Part shown: piece by piece, positions 1-8,881 of the stretch | How the letters are laid out: each line of letters opens with the position of its first letter | How positions within the stretch are numbered: the first letter of the stretch is position 1 | Virus record (IMG/VR): IMGVR_UViG_3300043812_000026 | DNA length: 64,000 nt | From: a virus | Taxonomy: Duplodnaviria; Caudoviricetes | Strand: one strand, 5' to 3' | Program-made: the position numbers and the translations under genes | The notes under the pieces: model-generated | The model's database searches: none | Told to the model about the DNA's origin: nothing | Seen by the model: only the letters and a program-made list of their open reading frames with translations

Positions 1-219
1 CCCAGAACCGTCTCCACCCTGTTCTTGCACAATCGAAACAGTATTAGTTAATTTAAAATCTAATTTACCTTGTTTATAATAAACTTTTGTTACCTTAGCT
101 AAAGTAATAAATGAATTATCATTTGTCCCGTTTAAATTCCGAAAGCTAACGTCTCCACCTAGGGAAGATTGCTTTCTAAACGGTTGATTTTGTGAGGGTA
201 TATTGATCTTTTGACCCAC
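1..219 (-). CDS. N-terminus of putative baseplate central spike/tail-tip protein (runs off window)
   Basis: GTG at 219 after RBS GAAAGGGGG; open to base 1 (MGQKINIPSQNQPFRKQSSLGG...ITLAKVTKVYYKQGKLDFK), resembling the N-terminus of Twort-like central spike proteins; not in ORF track. Confidence 0.6.
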   Translation of the reverse strand, partial: MGQKINIPSQNQPFRKQSSLGGDVSFRNLNGTNDNSFITLAKVTKVYYKQGKLDFKLTNTVSIVQEQGGDGSG

Positions 220-305
220 AAAAAATCCCCCTTTCATTATCCTACATTGTATAACAGAATTACTATCTTCTACCGTTTAATGTAGTTCTGAAAGAGGGAA
301 TTATA

Positions 306-1298
306 TTATTTAAGTTTTACATAATCGTCATTATAATTTTTAACAAACCAGTTAATATTAACTTTCTTATTAAATAGCCCAGTAAAGATACCACGGTAAT
401 AATCTTCTGTAGACTTACGAATCTCAATAGTGTTACTCCATATTTCTGCGTGGTCAATATCTTGCTTAAACTGGTTAAATTTCCGATTGTAGTAGAAATA
501 CTTAGGCTTAATCATAATATCAATTTGATGTTCTAAGTATGACTTTTTAAGTTCCTTTTTAATCTTCTTAGCTAAACCCTTTTGGGTATGAGCATGGATA
601 GACTCTAATCTTTCAACAGTACTCTTTAATCGTTCAGACAAGTAATTAGGATATTCTATAGAGTCATCATCATATTGCATACCCCTAAATAAGGTCAAGC
701 ATTGAATTAAATAGTCACGATCTGTCGATAAAGCAGTTAATAAATCATCATACCAAAACTCATTATCATGCCCATTCGCTGATTGAGCAATGATACCTTT
801 TAGATCCCATTTAAAACGTCCATAGTTAGCCATTGGATTAAAGTACTTTAGAACTAAGTCAATATTAATTTCGTCTACTCTGGATAACTGGTTTAAAGAG
901 TTAACGTCTGCATAATAATTTAACTTAACATTATGGTTGGGGATTAAAGACTCAATTACAATATCATTAGGGTAAGGAGACGGAATATTAAATCCTAATC
1001 TCCAGCCATCCGTGTCTACTCCTACATTATTAATTCCAATACTTTCTAAACGCTTTTTAAATTCAGCACCTAGAGCCTCTCTCATTGCCCTTTCATTATC
1101 ATTAAACAAACCACCATCTAAAGCTAGAGAGTCATGGTTAGGGTCATAAAAAGATAAGTCCTTAGTCAAATTACCTACATATAAGAAATTAAAAAGGTCT
1201 GAGATATTATCAAACTTATTCAATAACTTTTTCTTTCGGGATAATTCCTCTTCTACTTTATCTACATTGTCTAAATAGTTCTTAATTACTTTCTCCAT
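306..1298 (-). CDS. hypothetical protein
   Basis: 330 aa ORF directly after 1301..1915; no recognisable motif. Confidence 0.75.
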   Translation of the reverse strand: MEKVIKNYLDNVDKVEEELSRKKKLLNKFDNISDLFNFLYVGNLTKDLSFYDPNHDSLALDGGLFNDNERAMREALGAEFKKRLESIGINNVGVDTDGWRLGFNIPSPYPNDIVIESLIPNHNVKLNYYADVNSLNQLSRVDEINIDLVLKYFNPMANYGRFKWDLKGIIAQSANGHDNEFWYDDLLTALSTDRDYLIQCLTLFRGMQYDDDSIEYPNYLSERLKSTVERLESIHAHTQKGLAKKIKKELKKSYLEHQIDIMIKPKYFYYNRKFNQFKQDIDHAEIWSNTIEIRKSTEDYYRGIFTGLFNKKVNINWFVKNYNDDYVKLK

Positions 1299-1300
1299 AA

Positions 1301-1915
1301 TTACTTAACCTTTCTAGTAGCGTTAATTGCACATACCGGACATTTGTGTTTACTAAGAAAGAAACTGGCTGGGGTAGTCATCCATACAGTATCACACTTC
1401 TTATGCTTAAAAGTAACACGTTGGTGGTATCCTTTATATTCAGATAGAACTTCGAATTCGTCTCCATGTGGTAAGTTATGAACTCGCTCCTTAAATTCCT
1501 CAGTGGTTAAAGATTGCTTCTTAGAACGAACCTTATTAGCACATACAGGACAACGAACAGATCCAACACTAAAGGTATTAGGAAGAGTCTTAAATACAGT
1601 ACCACATTTCTTGTGCTTATAACGAATTGGTGTCCGATTATTTACAAAGTCATCTAAAACCTCATACCCATCATTAGTCATTCCTTTTACATACTCCCTA
1701 TACTCTGCTGGGGTGTAGCGGGGACGACCACTACAGTAAGGACAAGCAGGTCTTTGTAAAAAAGCCAAAGGATAAACATATAGCACATGACCACATTTAT
1801 TATGCTTAATATGAATCTTTACTGTTCCTTTCTCATAATGATCTAAAGCTGTATACTCGTCACCTACTAAATCATGCAATTCTTGTTTAAATTCTTTATC
1901 AGTTTTTCTTCGCAT
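1301..1915 (-). CDS. zinc-ribbon repeat DNA-binding protein (endonuclease-family paralogue lacking the nuclease domain)
   Basis: Three HxxC(G)...CPxC repeats like those of the EDxHD endonucleases here; no IEYDG motif; TTGACA promoter at ~1938-1969. Confidence 0.75.
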   Translation of the reverse strand: MRRKTDKEFKQELHDLVGDEYTALDHYEKGTVKIHIKHNKCGHVLYVYPLAFLQRPACPYCSGRPRYTPAEYREYVKGMTNDGYEVLDDFVNNRTPIRYKHKKCGTVFKTLPNTFSVGSVRCPVCANKVRSKKQSLTTEEFKERVHNLPHGDEFEVLSEYKGYHQRVTFKHKKCDTVWMTTPASFFLSKHKCPVCAINATRKVK

Positions 1916-2036
1916 ACTTCACAACTCCTTTACAACTATTATAATACAATAGAATAGACAGGTTGTCAATACTTAATTACAAAAAAGAAGAATATTCTCC
2001 AACAGTTCCGTTGTTATTCCCCTTTCTTAATCCCTC

Positions 2037-3884
2037 TTAATCTTTATTTAGATGTTTAGTTAACTCAGACTCTTTCCAAATCTTACCAGTTTCCCGGTCT
2101 CGAATTAATCTTTCTTCTGTATCACCTACTGAATAGTGAATGCTATCTTGTTTAGGATAAGGTTCAACATCAAATTTAAGGGTCTTACGGGCTTGTTTCT
2201 TAAATGTTTTTGACCCTAAGAACATAATATAACGATATTTGATAGGACTAATTATCATATACCTATAGTAATGACCTTTTTCCCATACACCACCATGCTT
2301 ACCATATCCATTCCAAGAATATTCACGATGTTTAGTAGTTCCGCAGTATAAGAAATTAGTAGCTTGGTAAATTGCTCCAGTATGGTGCATACCTTGATCG
2401 GCAAAGGAGATAATAAACCAATTACCATCTTGTTCTTGCTTTAATTGTCTTAAAGTCCATGAGACAAACTTAGACGTAATATTCTTTAAATTTTGACTTA
2501 CTTCGTCTTTAATATATAGTCGAGATAGTTCTAAGGTGTTATCTTTATTAGCTAAAGGTGAGATTGACTGAGCAAGGCTAATTCTAGGTCTTGTATATGT
2601 TACCATTCCTGCCAGACTTCCTCGATAATATAAACCATAACAATAAGAAGTAGTAACTTTACGGTGTAAATAATGATACCTAACCATTAACTCGTTAAGA
2701 TCTGTACTCTCTACCTTTCTAAACTCAATGTCACTAAGCTTATCTACTAAAGGTAAAAGATAATAGTCTAATGTGTCCTTAATACTTTCGTCATATCTAA
2801 TTCTAATTAAATTAATACCTTTTTCCTTACAATAATTATCTTTCATTCTATCATGTTTCTTTTGCAATTCATAACGCTCTTTACCCCCAAACAAATCGAC
2901 AGGATTAAAATGTTGTTGGCCATCATATTCAATAGCAGTATTGAATTGAGACAACCAGAAGTCAAAGTGAAGGTTTTTCTTATCTATTAAATCTGGAATT
3001 AAATAACCATAAGAGTAACTAATCCTGTGTGATACTAAATAATTCATAATCGCCTGCTCACCATTAGAAGAACCACAATTAGGACACAATCCCCTATTAG
3101 CACTAAGTTGCCCCCACGTGGTTTTAAACACAGTACCACATACGTTGTGCCTTACATAGATAGGGCTTTGATTGTTCTTATAATTACCACTTACATATGT
3201 ATAACGACCATCAGCAACCCTTGTAATTCGTTGCTTAACTTCGTCTAAGGATAGCCTACATCTGTCACCTGTTGCTTTATTAGCACAAAATTTACAACGA
3301 TAACCATGTATGAAACTATAGTCACGAACCCAATAATCATTTTCGCACTCTTTATGTAGTAAATGTAGCCACAAGCCTTCTTTTTTAGTCCTTTTAGTTC
3401 CTAATAATTCATACTTGCCTTTTCCTAAATCTTTAACCTCTTTAATTACTTTATTGGATGTTTTAGGGGCATTTCCTGCGCAATTGGGGCATCCTTTACC
3501 TTTTAATAAATTAACTGGCAAGGGAGTCCATTCACCTTTTGAACCATATCCACAGACAAGACACTTCGCTTTTGTTTTCTTAAAAATACCATGTATAGGT
3601 TCGAGCAAAATAATATCATCACTTGGGCGAATTTTATGTAGTCTTTTCTTAAACTCCTCGTCTGTTAACATACGACTATTAGATCTTCCCCTCATACTAC
3701 AGTACTTACATTTTGCCTTACCCCTAAAAATATTATCAGGGATTAAAGTACCGGTAGTACCACAGACTAGGTGTTTATATTTAACAGGTGTTTTCATATC
3801 CTTATAGGGAGGATAAAAAACATATTTAGATCCTAGAATACGTTGTGCCCTATAGCTAAATTCATCAAAAGTTAGTTTCTTCAA
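2037..3884 (-). CDS. zinc-ribbon/EDxHD-type endonuclease fused to C-terminal Mom-like (GNAT) DNA-modification domain
   Basis: 4 Zn repeats; HFDFWL..IEYDGQQH..HDRMKD nuclease; then YHYLHR..LELSRL..ISFADQGMHHTGAIYQATNFLYCG typical of the Mu Mom family. Confidence 0.75.
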   Translation of the reverse strand: MKKLTFDEFSYRAQRILGSKYVFYPPYKDMKTPVKYKHLVCGTTGTLIPDNIFRGKAKCKYCSMRGRSNSRMLTDEEFKKRLHKIRPSDDIILLEPIHGIFKKTKAKCLVCGYGSKGEWTPLPVNLLKGKGCPNCAGNAPKTSNKVIKEVKDLGKGKYELLGTKRTKKEGLWLHLLHKECENDYWVRDYSFIHGYRCKFCANKATGDRCRLSLDEVKQRITRVADGRYTYVSGNYKNNQSPIYVRHNVCGTVFKTTWGQLSANRGLCPNCGSSNGEQAIMNYLVSHRISYSYGYLIPDLIDKKNLHFDFWLSQFNTAIEYDGQQHFNPVDLFGGKERYELQKKHDRMKDNYCKEKGINLIRIRYDESIKDTLDYYLLPLVDKLSDIEFRKVESTDLNELMVRYHYLHRKVTTSYCYGLYYRGSLAGMVTYTRPRISLAQSISPLANKDNTLELSRLYIKDEVSQNLKNITSKFVSWTLRQLKQEQDGNWFIISFADQGMHHTGAIYQATNFLYCGTTKHREYSWNGYGKHGGVWEKGHYYRYMIISPIKYRYIMFLGSKTFKKQARKTLKFDVEPYPKQDSIHYSVGDTEERLIRDRETGKIWKESELTKHLNKD

Positions 3885-4048
3885 TATTATTCCTTCTTTC
3901 TTATATGATTATAATTTCAATCAATTTATTGTTCAAGAGTATATTTTATAAAAAGAAATAAAGTGTATTAAAATAACGTATACCATTCTCCAAAGTAGGT
4001 TAAAGTATACGTTATCATTTTTAACTATTTGATTATTAAAACACCATA

Positions 4049-4094
4049 CTACGCTTGGCTTGATGTTCCAGAACTAAGGTACAAAAACTCGATA
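4049..4094 (-). repeat. orphan duplicate 3' end of tail tube gene
   Basis: 21-nt exact repeat (4074-4094 = 4133-4153); reads IEFLYLSSGTSSQA* vs expressed IEFLYLSSSTGSQS*. Confidence 0.85.
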
Positions 4095-4107
4095 TACTAT
4101 ATAATAA

Positions 4108-5044
4108 TTATGACTGTGAGCCAGTCGAAGAGCTAAGGTACAAAAACTCGATAGACTCACTAACTATCTGATTTGCTCTATAACTTGTGTTATATGACGA
4201 TGCACTGCATCCATAGAAAGCCTCGGCTACCATTTTAGTAACACTATCCATTACAGAAATAGTTAAAACGTCAGCTTGTAGAATATCCTCTCCCAGATGG
4301 GCTATATCCATTTGCTGAGAAGCAAGGTTATCTCGTACCATACGAAATCTTTCTAGTGTAAGAGAACCCGTATATTTGAGGTATACATGTTCACGTGGCA
4401 TACATTATATTAACTACTTATTTCTAAATAGATTAGACTATATCTTCCTCTTTATAAGAGGTTCTACATTACCCTAACTTAATAAGGACTTAATCGTTAG
4501 TCTTTTATTTTAGAACGGTTGGTCAACTCTATCCACTTCTGGATTTAGTCTTTCTTACTAGCTTATTTAATTCAGTTATTCAGCTTTACCCGTTTAGTAG
4601 AATTTTTCAATTAACATTACTGTTAACCTCCACTATGCTAGTTAATGGACCCGATTTCATATACCCCTTCGGTGCCGTAACTTCTATTAGCTGTCAAGCT
4701 TTGCGCACGTGCAATTAAATGGTTCTTTGCCATAATATAAATTCGGTTAGAGGTATTACAAAATTTATATTTATATTTTTATATAATTTTAGACTATATC
4801 TTACTCCAGATCTGGAGTCCTCTCTATTACACCCTAAGGCTTTTATATAATGAAAACATTATAAGTTTAGTCGTTAGTCATTTATCTTAGAACGGTTGGT
4901 CAACTCTACCCCTAGTAGATTACAGGGCTTAGTCTTTCTTACTAGCTTATTCTCTTTTATTACTACTATTTATTCAGCTTTACCCGTTTAAGAGAGGTTT
5001 TAAAACAGCTAATACCTAACCGTTTGATTTGCGACAGTCGCCAA
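4108..5044 (-). CDS. tail tube protein in three exons (5044-5019, 4758-4645, 4402-4108), 144 aa spliced
   Basis: Joined exons give MATVANQTVNTSNRIYIMAKNHLIARAQSLTANRSYGTEGVYEIGSIMPREHVYLKYTG..., matching Twort-like tail tube; RBS AAGGAG before TTG; 435 nt in frame. Confidence 0.9.
4403..4644 (-). mobile_element. ORF-less group I intron 2 of tail tube gene (242 nt)
   Basis: Exon ends in U, intron ends in G; P1 UCCAU/GUGGA; P10 GCAUA/UAUGC; AAGAUAUAGUCU element; core shared with the other two introns. Confidence 0.9.
4759..5018 (-). mobile_element. ORF-less group I intron 1 of tail tube gene (260 nt)
   Basis: P1 AAACGGU/GCUGUUU; P10 AGGUAUUA/UAAUACCU; terminal G; AAGAUAUAGUCU element. Confidence 0.9.
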
Positions 5045-5127
5045 TTAATGACAACTCCTTTCTAATTAGAAACAAATAATATTAAGATATATCTTAGTGG
5101 TCATTAATTAATATAGATAGCCATAAC

Positions 5128-5257
5128 AAAAAGAGTACCTACCCGTAAGATAAGTACTCTTTTAATCGACTAATCTAATATAAAGGAGGTAATGTAGAAC
5201 AATTATCGAGTCTCTGCCAGTCAAACTAAATAATTCATTAACATAACCATGACTCTA
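5128..5257 (-). ncRNA. candidate sRNA (promoter-terminator unit without ORF, with anti-SD tract)
   Basis: TGCTATACT at ~5258-5266, UACCUCCUUU inside, terminator AAAAGAGTAC..GTACTCTTTT. Confidence 0.35.
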
Positions 5258-5427
5258 GTATAGCACACAATAATTAAAATACAATAGCTAAGATAAAAAA
5301 AAAAAACAGGGTAAACCCTGCCAAGGAAAAACAAACAAAGAATTCAGATAAAAGTTTGAAACAGTTTCCTTACTGAATTAAGGAACATTCTTAGTATAGA
5401 ACATAGACCCCTAGTTGTCAACCTTTA

Positions 5428-5961
5428 TTAAAGATTATCTACATTATCTAAAGTTCTGTCTTTATCAAGATAAACAATCCTAGGGCTAATTGATATATCA
5501 GATACCCCAGATGGTAAGTCTTTCAACTTTCTAACAAAATCCTCAGCATCTTCTCTATAAGCAAAAACATCAGAACTAGTATAGGAACCATAGTCATCGT
5601 TATAGGTGTACTCAACAATGAAAACAACCGGACGATTAAAACAATTTACCCGCAGATGTCTACGAGGATCATCTTTATCTAAATCAGTACCTATGCGCTG
5701 TTGTAAACTCATCACCTTCTCCTTGTACTGATCAAAAAATTTTTCACTTTTTCGATCAATACTTGAAAAAGCGTTCCACAGCTTACTTATCTCATTTTTT
5801 ATTGAAGCTATATCATCAGAAGATTGTTTCTCAGGTAATTTAACCTTTTGAGGTTCCAACTCAACCTTAGGTTCTCGATTTATAGCAATCAAGCCTATAA
5901 TAACAGTAATAGAAATGCCAATAAGAATACCAATAACCAAGCTATATCCATTAATAACCAT
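5428..5961 (-). CDS. hypothetical membrane-anchored protein
   Basis: N-terminal hydrophobic helix followed by coiled-coil-like region. Confidence 0.75.
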   Translation of the reverse strand: MVINGYSLVIGILIGISITVIIGLIAINREPKVELEPQKVKLPEKQSSDDIASIKNEISKLWNAFSSIDRKSEKFFDQYKEKVMSLQQRIGTDLDKDDPRRHLRVNCFNRPVVFIVEYTYNDDYGSYTSSDVFAYREDAEDFVRKLKDLPSGVSDISISPRIVYLDKDRTLDNVDNL

Positions 5962-5989
5962 TAATCTTCTCCTTTATTTTAAGATATTC

Positions 5990-6523
5990 TTAATCCTTTA
6001 CTTTATTCTTTGCGTCAATCTCAGCTTGCTTCTGATCATTCTCAGCCTGTGCTTGTTTCTTAGCATTCTGAGCTTCTTGTGCTTTCTTAGCCAATTCATC
6101 ATTAATTGGTCCATTAAAAGTAGCTAAATAAGTAGCTTTATCCTTTAGATAAGCATTAACGTCAAAATCAAGATAGCTAGACATCATTGAAATAAAAGTA
6201 TCTGTTAATGAGCCTAAGTCTTCACCCTTAATAAGATCCTTATTATAAATATCACGGGTAGTATAATAAAGCAGAGAACTAACCTTATTTAACCCCCAAT
6301 TAAGTGAATCTTCAATTGATACAGCCTTATTCCCTAAAGTACCATCAGCCATATTAGCTAGGGTGTTAAAATTCTTTAACTGGTCTGCTGTATAAAGATC
6401 TTTACTAAGAAAAGGAACTTCAGCCAGCATAGCCGTTTCAGAATAAATCTTCGCATTATCAAAAGCAGAAGTACCAATTGATTTTACATAATTACCAGTC
6501 TTTGTATTATAAAGTGCATACAT
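5990..6523 (-). CDS. hypothetical protein
   Basis: 177 aa ORF in operon. Confidence 0.75.
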   Translation of the reverse strand: MYALYNTKTGNYVKSIGTSAFDNAKIYSETAMLAEVPFLSKDLYTADQLKNFNTLANMADGTLGNKAVSIEDSLNWGLNKVSSLLYYTTRDIYNKDLIKGEDLGSLTDTFISMMSSYLDFDVNAYLKDKATYLATFNGPINDELAKKAQEAQNAKKQAQAENDQKQAEIDAKNKVKD

Positions 6524-6525
6524 AA

Positions 6526-7017
6526 TTATTTACCATCCTTAAAAATACTTTCGTCTACATATACTATCAATTCACCATCTTCGGTATAAGAGTTTTTAAT
6601 CTTAATTCCATGAGATTCTAAATCTTTTAAAACTAATTCAGCTTGTTCCAAAATAAGCTTATCAGGAATACCTCCCCATAAAATGGTATCTTTATACCCG
6701 GGAATCAATCCACTACCTGAAAAAGATGCCACACCCTCGTAATTATAGGGAATGTACCATTCAGATATATTAAAATCCTCATAGATGTATTTTAAGATTA
6801 AATTATAAACCATATTATAAGCTAAATACGTAAGATACTTTTGATGATTAGCGTATACATCTTTTAAATAATCTAAACTAACCAATTCACTTGAATTATG
6901 AGCAGGTAAATCAGATAAAGCTTGTCGTAAAGAAGATAAATCGGCTTGGTCTAATTCAAACTTATTAGTAGGAGTATCAACCTCTAAGATATGATCTTTC
7001 CTGTTATATTTAATCAT
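6526..7017 (-). CDS. hypothetical protein
   Basis: 163 aa ORF with RBS GAGGT. Confidence 0.75.
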   Translation of the reverse strand: MIKYNRKDHILEVDTPTNKFELDQADLSSLRQALSDLPAHNSSELVSLDYLKDVYANHQKYLTYLAYNMVYNLILKYIYEDFNISEWYIPYNYEGVASFSGSGLIPGYKDTILWGGIPDKLILEQAELVLKDLESHGIKIKNSYTEDGELIVYVDESIFKDGK

Positions 7018-7194
7018 TTTAGTCTACCTCACTTTAATTAATCCCAATTCATATACTTTTCCACCACATTCATTAGCAACTGCACAAGCTTCTAAATAAT
7101 TATTAAACACACAAATTTGTCCGAATTTAAGAATATCAAATGCAGGCTTGTTGGGTAATCTTTACGTCCCCAACACCTTTTGGTTTTTGATTAC

Positions 7195-7707
7195 TCATGA
7201 CAGTTTCCTCCCACAAAACATACAATAACTAGAGTCAATATCCTGTACCTCTTCGGGTTCAATAGTATCACCCCGATAAACGATCAACCTTATAAGACCA
7301 CCATCAGCCTTATACCTCATATAAGAACCTTCGTCAATTTCTATCTTTTTACCTTCTCCATTAATCATAGAGCAATAAGGACAATTATAATGATTATCTA
7401 ACTTAGAAACAGCCTTAACAGTATCAACTAAACATTGTAAATAACTATAGTATGAGTCAAAAGAAGTATCTAAGTTCAAGATATAATCTTCACCGTGTCG
7501 CTCAGGCGGATATACATAAGGACGATAAACAATTTTTGTTTCATCATCAGATTTAATACTATAAGCCTCATTCTCTACAGAATCAATGATAATCTCCCAA
7601 CCCAATTCTTGCAATTGCTGAAACTTAATCAACGTTTTCTTAATCGTTTCTGGATCATACTTCTTATTAATATCTTCTACTAAATCAGATGTACTACCTT
7701 TCTTCAT
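7195..7707 (-). CDS. hypothetical protein with C-terminal CPYC..CMFCG zinc ribbon
   Basis: Start moved to ATG 7707 after RBS AAGGAAAGGAAG; C-terminus resembles 42040..42318. Confidence 0.7.
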   Translation of the reverse strand: MKKGSTSDLVEDINKKYDPETIKKTLIKFQQLQELGWEIIIDSVENEAYSIKSDDETKIVYRPYVYPPERHGEDYILNLDTSFDSYYSYLQCLVDTVKAVSKLDNHYNCPYCSMINGEGKKIEIDEGSYMRYKADGGLIRLIVYRGDTIEPEEVQDIDSSYCMFCGRKLS

Positions 7708-7714
7708 TGTTATG

Positions 7715-7778
7715 CTTCCTTTCCTTAATTCATGTTTTAAGTATAACACTTTTAGTTGAATTTTCAACTACTTTTGTA
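7715..7778 (-). promoter_or_regulatory. promoter/operator/RBS cassette copy 1
   Basis: 62/64 identical to 27925-27988; TTGAAA..TATACT with palindrome TAGTTGAA-TT-TTCAACTA over the -35. Confidence 0.75.
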
Positions 7779-7849
7779 CAAAAAGTACAAAAATAAAAAA
7801 GAAATAGAGAATCTAATTCCTCTATTTCTTAGTAAAAATCAATCCAACT

Positions 7850-7930
7850 TTACTTCTTTTTTGGCTTATAAAATTTTATTGACCCACCTTTAGCAAAAGC
7901 CATTCCATAGGTATCTTCATTAACATCTAC
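7850..7930 (-). pseudogene. orphan alternative 3' end of hub/tail lysin gene
   Basis: Reads VDVNEDTYGMAFAKGGSIKFYKPKKK*, aligning to expressed end NIAEEPYSQGFGTDTATWWGRPKK*. Confidence 0.55.
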
Positions 7931-8859
7931 TTTAATAACTTCAATTGATCGTCTAAAAATAATTTCACCTTTTTATAAGTATTATAAGTATAAGGTATCC
8001 TAATTAGCTTAATACCACGCTTCTTACAATATAAATTTTTACGCTTATCCCGTTCTTTTCTTACTTCTAAGGCTTCATACTGATCGAAGAAATCAATCTC
8101 CTCATAGTGTTGTCTACCATCGTATTCAATAGCTATTTTTTGTTCCGGTAGCCAAAAATCTAAGTGTAGTTTATTTGGTAAAATATATCCATATTCATAC
8201 TTAAAACCAAGTTTACTCAAGTAAGCATTAATCATAAATTCACCATTGCTCATATTACAGTATTTACAATAAGGGGAATGTAGTAACTTACGAGGTTGTT
8301 TAGTTATAATATGATTGCAAGGAATATGCAGTACATCAACAGGAGTAGACCGATCCTTATAGATTCCCATAACTTTAAATTGTCCGGGATATGTATCATC
8401 TAGCTCTTTTTGGAATTGTTCCTTATCTTTCCTTTCCTTGTCAGCAACGACTTTTCGAGCACATTTATTACACCCATGCCCTGCTAGTAAACTATATCCC
8501 CTTACCCAAAACTCATGATTACATACTAAACATTGAACATGAACTAAGCCTGCTACAGTTGTAAATTGGCTTAAAACTTTATATCTACCAATACCAAAAA
8601 CCTTATTAACAGCCTCTATAAATGAATCTTGATTATAACGAATATGATGAGAACACTGAGGACACCTAGAATGCTTCTTACTCTTACGCAGAAAATCGTG
8701 TGGGGTAGTTGTATCCCATTCATAGTTACATACATTATGACGAAGTGTAATAGGAGTGCGCTCATTCTTATATTCACCTAGAACAGTATACTCATCACCA
8801 ACAAGATCATAAACCTCTTGTTTAAATTCAGCCGTAGTCTTTCTACGCAATATAATCAC
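7927..8859 (-). CDS. free-standing zinc-ribbon/EDxHD-type homing endonuclease
   Basis: 3 Zn repeats + LHLDFWLP..IEYDGRQH..D..K..IKLIRIPY. Confidence 0.8.
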   Translation of the reverse strand: MIILRRKTTAEFKQEVYDLVGDEYTVLGEYKNERTPITLRHNVCNYEWDTTTPHDFLRKSKKHSRCPQCSHHIRYNQDSFIEAVNKVFGIGRYKVLSQFTTVAGLVHVQCLVCNHEFWVRGYSLLAGHGCNKCARKVVADKERKDKEQFQKELDDTYPGQFKVMGIYKDRSTPVDVLHIPCNHIITKQPRKLLHSPYCKYCNMSNGEFMINAYLSKLGFKYEYGYILPNKLHLDFWLPEQKIAIEYDGRQHYEEIDFFDQYEALEVRKERDKRKNLYCKKRGIKLIRIPYTYNTYKKVKLFLDDQLKLLK

Positions 8860-8881
8860 CTCATAATGATTATATCACTTA

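Noticed and set aside
4049-4153. Diversity-generating retroelement TR/VR pair
   Set aside because: No reverse transcriptase in the window; differences are not adenine-specific
7751-7760. 10-nt match (TTTAGTTGAA) between the orphan omegaRNA guide and the duplicated operator
   Set aside because: First guide bases mismatch, no TTTAT motif adjacent, and chance is plausible in AT-rich DNA
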